IMG/VR virus record: IMGVR_UViG_3300043171_000118
Location: 1 to 40,087 of that record
Reading direction: 5' to 3' (one strand)
Origin: a virus
Lineage: Duplodnaviria > Caudoviricetes
DNA: 40,087 nt
Shown here piece after piece: positions 1 through 9,191 of the stretch (positions are counted from its first letter, which is position 1; each line of letters begins with the position of its first letter). A program made the translations under genes and the position numbers. The notes beneath the pieces are model-generated. The model was given only the letters and a program-made list of their open reading frames with translations. It was not told the origin of the DNA and did no database searches.

Positions 1-8
1 CTGAATCT

Positions 9-134
9 TTGACCACTGAGTTATGGGCCGATATACAAGCATTTGCAAAGATTCAGCTTGAGAAGTTCGATGGTAAGCCAAATGCAGATGAGGCCTGTAT
101 AGAGAGGTTTAAGTCTATTATTGCAGGGGTTGTT
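9..134 (+). repeat. 126-bp terminal direct repeat, left copy (probable circular assembly overlap)
   Basis: ttgaccactgag...gcaggggttgtt is identical to 39962-40087; bases 1-8 do not match the sequence before the right copy. Confidence 0.95.
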
Positions 135-178
135 CCTTGTGGATATGTTGTTGAAGATGAGAATGAGAGGGGGTAGTA

Positions 179-463
179 ATGGCAGATTCAATACCAATAT
201 CAAAAACAGTGGATACTACTCTCCGATCTGTGTTTAAAATTAAGAACGGTGAAGATGGTGAAGAGGTCGATCTTCACGTTACAAAAATCAATAATGAGTT
301 TCAATTTACGCATAACCGAATTGAGGAACTTACACGAAAAGTTAACAATGATATTTTCGGCAATATTTTCAACGGCATGGGTAATCAAAGAATGAGTTCA
401 GAGGTTGCTCAAAAACTTGCGGACATTATAACAGAAATGAATCATGGAAGGGTGAGCGAGTAA
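179..463 (+). CDS. Hypothetical protein
   Basis: 94-aa ORF, GAGGGG RBS, part of a stop/start-coupled + strand operon. Confidence 0.7.
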   Translation: MADSIPISKTVDTTLRSVFKIKNGEDGEEVDLHVTKINNEFQFTHNRIEELTRKVNNDIFGNIFNGMGNQRMSSEVAQKLADIITEMNHGRVSE

Positions 464-639
464 TGCCGGAACCAAAAACAGTACATGATTGCGTTGTGAA
501 TAAAGTGTATGATAGAGTGACAACTGACATATATAATTCAGACAAGCCTGTATATGAGTTTCCTACAGATGAAGAAGCGTTTATTTATAAATCAATCATC
601 CGCCATACACTTAATATGGCTTTGGAGATATGTAAATGA
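463..639 (+). CDS. Hypothetical protein (58 aa, MPEPKTVHDC...)
   Basis: Read manually; TAATG and ATGA overlaps with both neighbours. Confidence 0.65.
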   Translation: MPEPKTVHDCVVNKVYDRVTTDIYNSDKPVYEFPTDEEAFIYKSIIRHTLNMALEICK

Positions 640-830
640 GTACTGATGTACAATTAATAAACAATGACTTCAGTGCGATACATGAGAGAATGCAGGCTAT
701 AACTTTACATACTCATCACAGTGCTTATGTTGAAGCTAATAAATTGTTTAGCCTTGCAAATCTTGTGAACATGAACCCGTCTGATTTAATGGATGAGGTT
801 GAAAGACAACACAACCAAAGGGAAACATGA
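636..830 (+). CDS. Hypothetical protein
   Basis: ORF with GGAG RBS and ATGA coupling. Confidence 0.65.
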   Translation: MSTDVQLINNDFSAIHERMQAITLHTHHSAYVEANKLFSLANLVNMNPSDLMDEVERQHNQRET

Positions 831-1129
831 ATAAGCGAATCCGTAAAAAGAAACATAAACAGTTTATACAGCATTTATCAAATGTAGCAAGGAAGGCTTT
901 TATTGTTAGTCAATGTATGCAATTACATATTCAAGCAATGAATAGATTGAGGCAATGTAAATTTATGAGTGGCGGGATAGTAGTTGCTACAGGTAGAGAA
1001 GAGGTTATTATTCCGGCTTCATCTCTTGAGTTATCACTTGATAAAGATCAACAGGAGGCTCTATCAAAATTCGCTGATAATTTTGCAGAAATAAACAAAT
1101 CTAAAAGCGTTACAATGGAGGTAACATAA
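827..1129 (+). CDS. Hypothetical protein with basic N-terminus and FMSGGIV...GREEVIIP motif
   Basis: ORF coupled to both neighbours. Confidence 0.65.
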   Translation: MNKRIRKKKHKQFIQHLSNVARKAFIVSQCMQLHIQAMNRLRQCKFMSGGIVVATGREEVIIPASSLELSLDKDQQEALSKFADNFAEINKSKSVTMEVT

Positions 1130-1413
1130 TGAATAACTGCCTTGAATGCCAAGAGCTAAACGACACTATACGGCCTATGAGCGGTAAGGATTTGGTGTGC
1201 GATAAATGCAATGAAACGCCAGATAAAATACGTGAAATTGTTGGTGAATTATTGAATTTAAAATGCTGCGGTAACTGTAAACATTTTGACACTGAAGAAC
1301 ATCATGGCGCCGCATATGATCACAATCATTGTGATTTAACAGGCGAATCAAAGGAGCCTTACAGAGCTTGCCCTCTATGGGAGTTTGATAATGTGAAAGA
1401 TAGGTCAACATGA
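1129..1413 (+). CDS. Cys-rich putative zinc-binding protein
   Basis: CxxC, CxxC and CCGNC motifs; GGAGG RBS. Confidence 0.7.
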   Translation: MNNCLECQELNDTIRPMSGKDLVCDKCNETPDKIREIVGELLNLKCCGNCKHFDTEEHHGAAYDHNHCDLTGESKEPYRACPLWEFDNVKDRST

Positions 1414-1610
1414 GAAATGATTTTATACATTGGACACACAAAACAACAATAGCTGGCGCAAAGTATACAGTGTTTGCTTTTGGTACTCCTGTTATTATTT
1501 CTAAAGAGCTTAAATATGAAAAGCATGAATTGATAATTGTTGGATATTCAAATCATTACAGAAAATACGTTGAGCAACACGTTAACCAAGATTGTATAGA
1601 AAAAATCTAA
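1410..1610 (+). CDS. Hypothetical protein
   Basis: ATGA-coupled ORF; its stop overlaps the convergent stop of the minor head gene. Confidence 0.55.
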   Translation: MRNDFIHWTHKTTIAGAKYTVFAFGTPVIISKELKYEKHELIIVGYSNHYRKYVEQHVNQDCIEKI

Positions 1611-2671
1611 TCAGCCAACTTATTCAACATAGTTTCTTTTCTAATATTCCTAGGCTGTTCAGGCTTGATGTAAGTCTTGTCCCTACCAGCCTTAACAGAT
1701 ATCTCATTGGCCTTATCTATTTCTTTCTGAACCAGTTTAGTATGCTTATCATCACTCCACGCCTTTGGCCTCTTACTAGTCTTTTTATAATCAACAGTGC
1801 AAAAACAATGAGGGTGGTGTGTTGGTATAGTTGCATTTTCAACAGGTACAAAGCCAACATTCTCAACAGCCACGCAATATGGACAAGGATTTGACCCACT
1901 CGTAATACTCCTAACATATTGAGTGTCGGGATCATCCATAGCGATACCATTCTTTACCAATGTAACAGATTCGAGAGTTTCAGTCTGAGCCGTTCTATAT
2001 GCGTAAAAATTCGTTTTCTCAACTAACGCTTTTTCAACTGCATTATCGATATTCTTATTCAAATCTATGGCATCAATAAGATCTATATAAGCCCTTCTGA
2101 GATCGCCAGTTTTGAGCTTTAACGCTTGCTTACGAGCTTTACGAAATGCTCTAGGGTCGATCTTCTCACCGCCTAGCTTAGCCTTTTTAAGCTTCTCTAG
2201 AAAGTCGGGTAGCTCTTTGGTAAATCCATCCTTACTAATGAGTCTTGCAGAATCTACAATAGACCTACCCTCAATTAAAGCAGTCTTCATCACTTCTTTT
2301 TGAGCCATTACTATTTCAGCGGAATTCTTTCTCAATCTCTCACTAAGTATTGTTTTATCAGTCCATAGCGATGTTCTCAGGAGCCTATCGTTGTATGTTT
2401 TGACCTCCATCTTCAGGTAAGGCTTATTGTATGAACTATCAACTATAACTTTTGTAACGCCAGCTTGCCACGATGCTACAAAATCAGTACTCACTAATGC
2501 CTCATCAAATGCCTTATCAAGCATTGTCAGTGCCTTATCGAGTTTGATCTTATCACTAACAATAAGGGACTTAAGGAGTTTCTCAGTCTGCTTATACAAC
2601 AATAGAACAGCGGATTGAGTCCGCTTATCTAATTGATCAAGATTCTCTAATGATTTTCTATAGCTCGCCAT
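1607..2671 (-). CDS. Minor head / head morphogenesis protein (SPP1 gp7 / Mu F-like)
   Basis: Follows portal; C-terminal RTAQTE...CPYC...PTHHPHCFC motif typical of the family. Confidence 0.8.
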   Translation of the reverse strand: MASYRKSLENLDQLDKRTQSAVLLLYKQTEKLLKSLIVSDKIKLDKALTMLDKAFDEALVSTDFVASWQAGVTKVIVDSSYNKPYLKMEVKTYNDRLLRTSLWTDKTILSERLRKNSAEIVMAQKEVMKTALIEGRSIVDSARLISKDGFTKELPDFLEKLKKAKLGGEKIDPRAFRKARKQALKLKTGDLRRAYIDLIDAIDLNKNIDNAVEKALVEKTNFYAYRTAQTETLESVTLVKNGIAMDDPDTQYVRSITSGSNPCPYCVAVENVGFVPVENATIPTHHPHCFCTVDYKKTSKRPKAWSDDKHTKLVQKEIDKANEISVKAGRDKTYIKPEQPRNIRKETMLNKLAD

Positions 2672-4110
2672 TAGTCGTTAGGTACGTTAAGGCCGCTCTG
2701 GAACGTGTCGTTACTTACTGGGATAATTGGCTTTGATCGTTGCATTTTAATTAGCTCATCACGTCTCTCAGGGCTATTAGAGTACTGGATTGCTATAATA
2801 TCAACACCTAGTTCCTGTTTAACATCATCGTTAACCAATCCAGAATCACCAATAGCAACAATAGAATCAATCTCATCTGACTTTGTAAGACTCTCGAAGT
2901 CCATAATATAGACAACGGTATAATCAAACGACTCAGATGTGAAGTTCTTCAGAGCTATGTTAACAAGCCACAATTCATCATCTTGCAGGTTGGTTGTCTT
3001 CTGCTTAAGTTTCTCAATCCTACGTTTATCTTTCTCTTTTCGAGTCTCAGCGCTTGAATCAGCCGCAACATTTACATTGCCACCAATATCATCTTTAATA
3101 TTATCGCGGTGCTGATTAACCTTGCCATTCATTGAGTCAAGGTGTGCAACGGGTGGCGCTATGAATGAAGGTGTTTTAGCATCCGGCCCGACATATGACA
3201 ATACGCCATTTGCACCAATCTTAATGCCTTTAACAGACCCGTTATAGGTCAGTATAGCGAAACAGTTCTTAACGTAGTTATCATCAATATTAGATTCGAG
3301 ATTATACATTTTACGCGCAATAGTGAAGATATACCAGTATTTAGGTTGAGGTATTTCATTCTCTTTTTCCCGTGGCGAACCCTCTCTCAACTTAACAGGG
3401 TATGTATCGAAGTCTAAAACATCGTTATCATTAACAACCTGACCATCTTCAGTCAACGTAAAGTATGACCCTGTACCGTCAGCATTACGAAACCAAACAA
3501 TGTATTCCTCGTCGTCCTGTGCTGTTTTACCCGTATAGCCGTTATTGTCCATATTCCTGACATTAACGCTTTTCGGGAATACTATACATTGCAATGCGTT
3601 TCTATCGTCAAAGGTATATCCTGTTATTTGTGACGGCGTGAGATAGTATGAGTACGGCATGAATTCGGGTGATCCATCAGATACGCCAGAAGACGGTATT
3701 ACGTCCGGCCCATCACAAACAAGAAATATCGCACCATATAGATCTGTATTGAACTCAACATTCTTTTGATACTCAGACATTGTAATCTTACGGCCTGAAG
3801 TCGGGTCTTCAATAAACGCCTTATGAATTATAGGCGCTTCCTCTGTATTTCTCACTTGAGGCTTTGAAAATATTGGGTCAATCAATGAGTCAAGCTCACC
3901 GCTAAACACATTATCATAATGCGCTAAATCCTTTCTGCGCTTATAAAAGTCGTCACTCTCACTAGGCCATTTCTCTATATAGTCGCCTGTCTCGAACCCT
4001 CCCGACCCATAATACAGATCTTTAACGTTCTTGAGTTTCCGCCTATGTGTAGCTGTGATGAGCTTTAAATGGTGCTCTGTACCATTGAATGTAAATTTTG
4101 TTATTGCCAT
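2671..4110 (-). CDS. Portal protein
   Basis: 479 aa directly after terL; N-terminal LYYGSGGF...ES..FYKRRK.A.YDN pattern of SPP1 gp6/DUF4055-like portals. Confidence 0.8.
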   Translation of the reverse strand: MAITKFTFNGTEHHLKLITATHRRKLKNVKDLYYGSGGFETGDYIEKWPSESDDFYKRRKDLAHYDNVFSGELDSLIDPIFSKPQVRNTEEAPIIHKAFIEDPTSGRKITMSEYQKNVEFNTDLYGAIFLVCDGPDVIPSSGVSDGSPEFMPYSYYLTPSQITGYTFDDRNALQCIVFPKSVNVRNMDNNGYTGKTAQDDEEYIVWFRNADGTGSYFTLTEDGQVVNDNDVLDFDTYPVKLREGSPREKENEIPQPKYWYIFTIARKMYNLESNIDDNYVKNCFAILTYNGSVKGIKIGANGVLSYVGPDAKTPSFIAPPVAHLDSMNGKVNQHRDNIKDDIGGNVNVAADSSAETRKEKDKRRIEKLKQKTTNLQDDELWLVNIALKNFTSESFDYTVVYIMDFESLTKSDEIDSIVAIGDSGLVNDDVKQELGVDIIAIQYSNSPERRDELIKMQRSKPIIPVSNDTFQSGLNVPND

Positions 4111-5712
4111 TTAATATAATCCCTCTATATTGTCATTGTCTTTATCTTCGTACCCATATAGACCGTCAAGATCCGCTGACTCAGCAACAGGCATTATCTC
4201 AAAATATTCACGCATCATAAAAGCATCCATGAAGTCAGGAGAATAACCTAGTATACCCTTCATTGTTGGCTTTTCAGGTGTGTGTGTGCCACCTTTAGGG
4301 ATTATCTGTAGATTGCCATCCATGTCAGCTTTCCACTTCTTAATACATCTCTGTTCACCCAATAAGACATTAAATAAAGTCTTGTTATCTCTAATATTAA
4401 CTATTTTATCAGCAACTTTCGGTAAAATATAGTAATCGTTACGATTTACACGCCTTCCAGACCTATAAAAACACATAGTTTTGAGGTTGGTGTAGTTCTC
4501 TTTTACCTTTGCTCCATTATGAAACGCTCTTGAGGCATTGATAAAGCCGCCAATATAGCCACCAACACCATCAGCGTCATAACACACATTACAGGCTGGT
4601 ACACGGTGAGTTTGGGCTAAATCTATTATAAGTCCAAGCACTTCACCACCATCTGATTTAGGCATCCACTCAGCATCTATAAGAGTAAAACCTTCCCACA
4701 CAAACACAACAAACGCATCTGACCCTTCAAGTGCAATATCGGCAGTTATAAACCGTTCATTCTTGTATGGGTTATCATCAATGGGATTTCCAAACGCGTC
4801 AAGCATTGAAGATCCAACCTCAGTATTGCGCCTCATTTGGTTGAATTTATCTCTATTGTATATCTCTGTGCCTGAAGGTCTTACAAGCCAATTACCATGT
4901 AATAACCTGTCCTTTTCCTCTTCATCCTGCGCTAGTAGATTTGATAGGTACTGTGGGTTAACCTTTAATAGCTCAACATTATCATAGATCGAACCACCTA
5001 CAAACGTGACCGATTTTATAAGGTCTTTAGCACTAATCAGCCCTTCTTGCCGCTCATTCGCCTTCTCAATAGCCTCCTTAAGCTCCGACCCCGCCTCTTC
5101 TGCTACATCTTGGTAATTGTCACCCCATATGAATTTACCGCCCAATTTGAACATATATCTGATTACACTATCACGCTCAGGTATCGGTATTCCAGTGTCA
5201 GGATCAATCCACCATTGAATTAGCTCATAAACGAATGAGTCTGGGTCAGGATTGCAAGTTCCTCTAAAATTTGGCCTAATACCACAAACAGACCTATTTC
5301 TACTTATCATATACCAGAATTGGCGCGATGTGAAGTGAGTCATTTCGTCAAACTTAAACGATGGTAACTGTGATCCCTGCCATGAGTATATATCCTTTTC
5401 ATACTCTAAGTGGGAAAACCGTATCTCTGCACCAGATGGGAACCTATGTCTAAGTGTTGATTGACTTGATTTGACATTGGGAATCTTAGAATAAAGCTGT
5501 ACTGACTCATCCCATAAGCCACCCGAATTGCGTATTTGTGGTGTTGTTCTTCTGAATATGGTATCTGAAAATGTAGGTATATGGATATGTCTCAACCCAT
5601 CAAGTAACTCGGCAAACGTTTTACCGACCCCTGCACAAGCTCCACCTATGCCAATATCAACAGGGGTGGATAAGAATTTCTCTTGAAAACCCTTCTGTGG
5701 TCTAATCCCCAC
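4111..5712 (-). CDS. terL: Terminase large subunit
   Basis: Walker A GGACAGVGKT, Walker B FKFDE, motif III TCNP, nuclease ADIA and DFMDA motifs. Confidence 0.95.
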   Translation of the reverse strand: MGIRPQKGFQEKFLSTPVDIGIGGACAGVGKTFAELLDGLRHIHIPTFSDTIFRRTTPQIRNSGGLWDESVQLYSKIPNVKSSQSTLRHRFPSGAEIRFSHLEYEKDIYSWQGSQLPSFKFDEMTHFTSRQFWYMISRNRSVCGIRPNFRGTCNPDPDSFVYELIQWWIDPDTGIPIPERDSVIRYMFKLGGKFIWGDNYQDVAEEAGSELKEAIEKANERQEGLISAKDLIKSVTFVGGSIYDNVELLKVNPQYLSNLLAQDEEEKDRLLHGNWLVRPSGTEIYNRDKFNQMRRNTEVGSSMLDAFGNPIDDNPYKNERFITADIALEGSDAFVVFVWEGFTLIDAEWMPKSDGGEVLGLIIDLAQTHRVPACNVCYDADGVGGYIGGFINASRAFHNGAKVKENYTNLKTMCFYRSGRRVNRNDYYILPKVADKIVNIRDNKTLFNVLLGEQRCIKKWKADMDGNLQIIPKGGTHTPEKPTMKGILGYSPDFMDAFMMREYFEIMPVAESADLDGLYGYEDKDNDNIEGLY

Positions 5713-6166
5713 TTTCAGAGTCCTCAGCTTCGGTTCCGTTTTTAGGTATGTAAAAAACTACTTGGTCTACTTCACCTGAATGCTCTATTTCTTGCTTATC
5801 TCTAAATATCTTTGGTTGGCGATTCTTAAGCCAGAACTCACACGCCTTTTCTGATGGCGGATAATGCTTTGTATACTCTCTCTCATCTGTTATTTGACCC
5901 TCAAAAGTCGCAAATTTAGTGTCTTTGCATGAGTAGCCATTTGCTATTTTATAAAGCGAGAGGGCAACATTAGAGTCCGCAATTTCTTTACCCTTTTTCA
6001 TGGACTGTAAAAATTCCGGAAATTCATGTTTCCAGTTGTTTAGTGTCTTCTCACATATACTGAATAAATCCGCTAATTCTGTATCTTTTAACCCTAATAA
6101 GCAATATTTATACACTAAATCAATGTATTCAACTTTAAACTTATTTGGGGCGCCTACATCTGACAT
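5702..6166 (-). CDS. terS: Terminase small subunit
   Basis: Upstream of and overlapping terL; GAPNKFK...HTH...WKHEFPEF and FWLKNRQP..FRDKQEIEHSG motifs. Confidence 0.85.
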   Translation of the reverse strand: MSDVGAPNKFKVEYIDLVYKYCLLGLKDTELADLFSICEKTLNNWKHEFPEFLQSMKKGKEIADSNVALSLYKIANGYSCKDTKFATFEGQITDEREYTKHYPPSEKACEFWLKNRQPKIFRDKQEIEHSGEVDQVVFYIPKNGTEAEDSESGD

Positions 6167-6189
6167 AAAAACCTCTAGTTTCTAATTAT

Positions 6190-6233
6190 TTGCGTATCAA
6201 ACGCGAAAAACTATGAGCATCAAGCCCATAGTT
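6190..6233 (-). terminator. Tandem hairpins with identical UUGAU loops; the first is terminator-like
   Basis: Minus strand AACTATGGGC-TTGAT-GCTCATAGTT-TTT, then GCGT-TTGAT-ACGC, between the lipoprotein gene and terS. Confidence 0.55.
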
Positions 6234-6265
6234 CCAATATAACTAATTAACAAGAAAAATGCTAA

Positions 6266-6616
6266 TTACTCAATACACCTCTTAATATCTTGACCATTAT
6301 AATACAAGGGAAAATATTCATTCCTTGTATCCCTGTAATAATCATGCATTCCACTATGCACAAGCAATTCATCAACAACCCCTTTCTGATTCTCAACTAT
6401 GGCCCATTTAGCTCCATCCTGAGTAATAAACAGAGTATCACCATTTGCGCTATCTATCTCTGTATCTACCCAGATAATAAACATTTCCTTTGGCTCCCCA
6501 TTGCTCCATTCCTCAGTAGAGCAAAACGCCTTACCTTGATATTCTGATTGTAACGGGCTTGTGCTATTTTCTGAGCAACCCATGATTAAGATTGCGATTA
6601 TTAATATATATTTCAT
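6266..6616 (-). CDS. Putative lipoprotein
   Basis: MK, hydrophobic stretch, lipobox-like LIMG-C, then Ser/Thr/Pro-rich linker. Confidence 0.7.
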   Translation of the reverse strand: MKYILIIAILIMGCSENSTSPLQSEYQGKAFCSTEEWSNGEPKEMFIIWVDTEIDSANGDTLFITQDGAKWAIVENQKGVVDELLVHSGMHDYYRDTRNEYFPLYYNGQDIKRCIE

Positions 6617-6626
6617 TATTTATTCC

Positions 6627-6680
6627 TTATTTATTGGTTTATTTATTGGTTTATTTATTGGTTTATTTATTGGTTTATTT
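6627..6680. repeat. Perfect tandem repeat (TTATTTATTGGT) x4.5
   Basis: Units start at 6627, 6639, 6651 and 6663, with a partial unit at 6675. Confidence 0.95.
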
Positions 6681-7277
6681 TTCCAGTGTTGTTTTGATTT
6701 TGGTGAGTTCTCTTGATACTGTATTTACGTGAATCTGAGCAGGTACAGTATTGAACACTGACAATTTTATGTGTTTGCTCAATAACTTTTCAAGATTGGT
6801 AACTATCCCCACAGCCTCTTTCAGTCTTGGGTCTGACTGTGTTTTATGGAGTAGCCTTGTATTTACAATCATGCCGACAATCATAGATTCAAGCATTTCA
6901 AAACGCTCTTCCAATATAAAGCTAGGCGCTACTCTTGGTTTATAAGCTGTAGCCGCAATGGACTCTTTCACAATCTTTCTTAACTCAACATCCCCTCCCT
7001 CGCTCGCACTGGGTCGGGTGTTCCATGCTTTAAGGTCTACACCATAATCACCAAATACCATGATACAGCTTTCGTCACTACACCCTACTCTTGGTTGGTC
7101 AAATTCTGTAAACACGTCCGCCTCTGCTCCACAAATAGGGCAATATTTCGCTTCGTAGCCTTTTGGTTTTTCCTTGTTCTCGTTAGTCATTGACTCATCC
7201 CTGTAGGTATTACAATGTTCGCATTTTAATTCACTATCCTCTACTGAGCCACAGTGTATACATTTCTCGTTAGTCAT
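6675..7277 (-). CDS. Chimeric protein: Zn ribbon plus Lar-like (restriction alleviation) zinc module
   Basis: CIHCG...CEHC then YCPICGAEA...C...C...AWNTR, the Lar family pattern. Confidence 0.6.
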   Translation of the reverse strand: MTNEKCIHCGSVEDSELKCEHCNTYRDESMTNENKEKPKGYEAKYCPICGAEADVFTEFDQPRVGCSDESCIMVFGDYGVDLKAWNTRPSASEGGDVELRKIVKESIAATAYKPRVAPSFILEERFEMLESMIVGMIVNTRLLHKTQSDPRLKEAVGIVTNLEKLLSKHIKLSVFNTVPAQIHVNTVSRELTKIKTTLEK

Positions 7278-7644
7278 TGGTTGGGGTCTCCTTTAATAGG
7301 TTTTCATTACTTAACATATATGTTTCATCAGAACACACAACGGTAACTCTATATTGTTGCATTCTATTCATTATCTTTTCAGCAAGTCTCAACGCCCTAT
7401 CTAATATATCATCCTCATCCCTAATAAACCTAGGGTATTGAATAAAACCTATAGCAACGCCAGTCTCCCCACCATTTTTGTAGATAAAATCAGTGTTAGA
7501 GATAGTGATACAATCGCCCTCACGATTACAGTATGACTGTGCAATACTATGTATCTCATCGACACTCTGAACCACACCAGTGTCGCGTATTTTGAGGCCA
7601 ACATAAATAGTAGCCGTGAACGATTTAACTATTTTCACTTCCAT
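7270..7644 (-). CDS. Hypothetical phage protein (GETGVAIGFIQYPRF motif)
   Basis: 124-aa ORF in the leftward operon. Confidence 0.7.
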   Translation of the reverse strand: MEVKIVKSFTATIYVGLKIRDTGVVQSVDEIHSIAQSYCNREGDCITISNTDFIYKNGGETGVAIGFIQYPRFIRDEDDILDRALRLAEKIMNRMQQYRVTVVCSDETYMLSNENLLKETPTND

Positions 7645-7668
7645 CTCTTACTCCAATATATTTTAAAA

Positions 7669-8613
7669 CTAAGCATTGTCAAATAACTCCATAAAATCTA
7701 GCTGGTTTGTATTTTCTTCAGCGCTGCAAAAACCGTTACACTCCTTGTATATTGGTTCATGTCTCCCATCAATAGTATCTACTGTCGGTATCTCTGGAAA
7801 CATAATATTAAATCTTAGAAAGCATTTACTTTTAGAATATGGAATACCAGTTTTTTTACTTATATCCCATTTTGTAACTATTCTACCTTTTTTAATGTCT
7901 TGAGTGTATTTGAATTTATCACCATATTTTTCTTCAAAACTTCCAGTAGGGTCATAAATGTCACCTTGCTTGTGTAATACAACAACAGGCTCTCCTTTTA
8001 ATTCACTTAAATCATGTTCCCTCTGTGCCATTCGGTTATATTTTGCAAAATCATCTCTTCCGATTTTTTGCCAATACCCCGCTCCACCTTGAGTACAGCC
8101 AGTATTAAAACAATTATTATTATTGTAGCCGAACCTATAAACTCTTGGCAACTCAATTCCTTGTTTTTCTAAAACTTCAAATGATCTATCTTTTGTTATT
8201 TCAGCTTCAATTAACGGAAAGTGAGCGGCAAGCCCCTGATTTTTTTTCCAACTTTCAGCCCTGTTAATTTCCTTTTTACTATACTCAAACCCAAAAACAT
8301 GAGCGGAAATATTTTTATCTTTACAATATAATTGTCTTGCAATCGCCTTAAGCTCCTTTGAACATATAGCGCCTGTAGCATTTGATAATGATTTAAAATG
8401 CCACCATACTTCATCAATTGAACTCCACCTTAGGTGTTTGAATAACTCAATCTCCACGCCATACCATTTTTCACAATCAGCTTTGAACCTATAAGTATCT
8501 TCATCCTCGTTCATTGTATCAAGCATAACAAGATGAACATCTTCATACATATCAAGTGCCATTTTACAGGCAATTGCAGAGGTTACTCCACCTGACCACC
8601 AAGCTATTATCAT
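7669..8613 (-). CDS. PAPS reductase-like / PP-loop adenine nucleotide alpha-hydrolase family protein
   Basis: PP-loop IAWWSGGVTSA near the likely start at 8613; CSKELK, FPLIE and NNNC..GC..GG.GYW motifs; C-terminal ECNGFC. Confidence 0.75.
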   Translation of the reverse strand: MIIAWWSGGVTSAIACKMALDMYEDVHLVMLDTMNEDEDTYRFKADCEKWYGVEIELFKHLRWSSIDEVWWHFKSLSNATGAICSKELKAIARQLYCKDKNISAHVFGFEYSKKEINRAESWKKNQGLAAHFPLIEAEITKDRSFEVLEKQGIELPRVYRFGYNNNNCFNTGCTQGGAGYWQKIGRDDFAKYNRMAQREHDLSELKGEPVVVLHKQGDIYDPTGSFEEKYGDKFKYTQDIKKGRIVTKWDISKKTGIPYSKSKCFLRFNIMFPEIPTVDTIDGRHEPIYKECNGFCSAEENTNQLDFMELFDNA

Positions 8614-8614
8614 C

Positions 8615-8989
8615 CTATTCTTCTCCTTTGTTGCCCTTGGGAGGGGTTGGTAGTTCAGTATATCTATGTATTTTAATGTGTTCTGGTACTTTTTGAGCTG
8701 TATTTCCCAGGTTCCAAAAGCCACCAGAGTTATAGAAATGGATAGCGCAGAATCTTTTTCCCTTATAGATTTTATGTGTCAAGTTTTCACACTCACACCA
8801 ATAGGATTTTGATTTTACTTTAGGCTCAATTTCACCATCCACCCATCCCCCTGTCGTCTCGCTTCCCCCACCCTCTGAGGATAGGCGGTCGGCTACGGCT
8901 ATAGCTACAATTCCAGACATTTCACCAGTTACTTTAAGGTGTTTATGTATTTCATCTTGAACTGCATTTTCTATCTCTTCTCTATTCAT
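8615..8989 (-). CDS. Hypothetical protein
   Basis: Likely start MNREEIE at 8989 after GGAG. Confidence 0.6.
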   Translation of the reverse strand: MNREEIENAVQDEIHKHLKVTGEMSGIVAIAVADRLSSEGGGSETTGGWVDGEIEPKVKSKSYWCECENLTHKIYKGKRFCAIHFYNSGGFWNLGNTAQKVPEHIKIHRYTELPTPPKGNKGEE

Positions 8990-9191
8990 CTGATTCTCCA
9001 CGCATAAACAATATTCCTTTTCTTTCGGCATTCAACACTCTTATCTCTTCACGAAATTCATCTTTCAGCTCTTCAGAACATTCACGCCTTTGTCTAGTAT
9101 ATTTTAAGACTAACTCATCAATGATTTTTAATCTATCTACTATACTCTGGCTATCTTTTTCAACTTTTTTATTCCAATCTTCATTATTCAC
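8982..9191 (-). CDS. Hypothetical coiled-coil protein
   Basis: ORF overlapping both neighbours. Confidence 0.6.
   Translation of the reverse strand: MNNEDWNKKVEKDSQSIVDRLKIIDELVLKYTRQRRECSEELKDEFREEIRVLNAERKGILFMRGESDE

Noticed and set aside
9-134. Biological direct terminal repeat or attL/attR
   Set aside because: It lies mid-ORF, its length is close to a typical assembler k-mer overlap, and no integrase or host flank is present
6627-6680. CRISPR mini-array
   Set aside because: Head-to-tail 12-mers with no spacers and no cas genes
8614-8724. N-terminal 37-aa extension of the PAPS-reductase-like ORF
   Set aside because: It overlaps the upstream gene; the AGGAG RBS and PP-loop position favour ATG 8613
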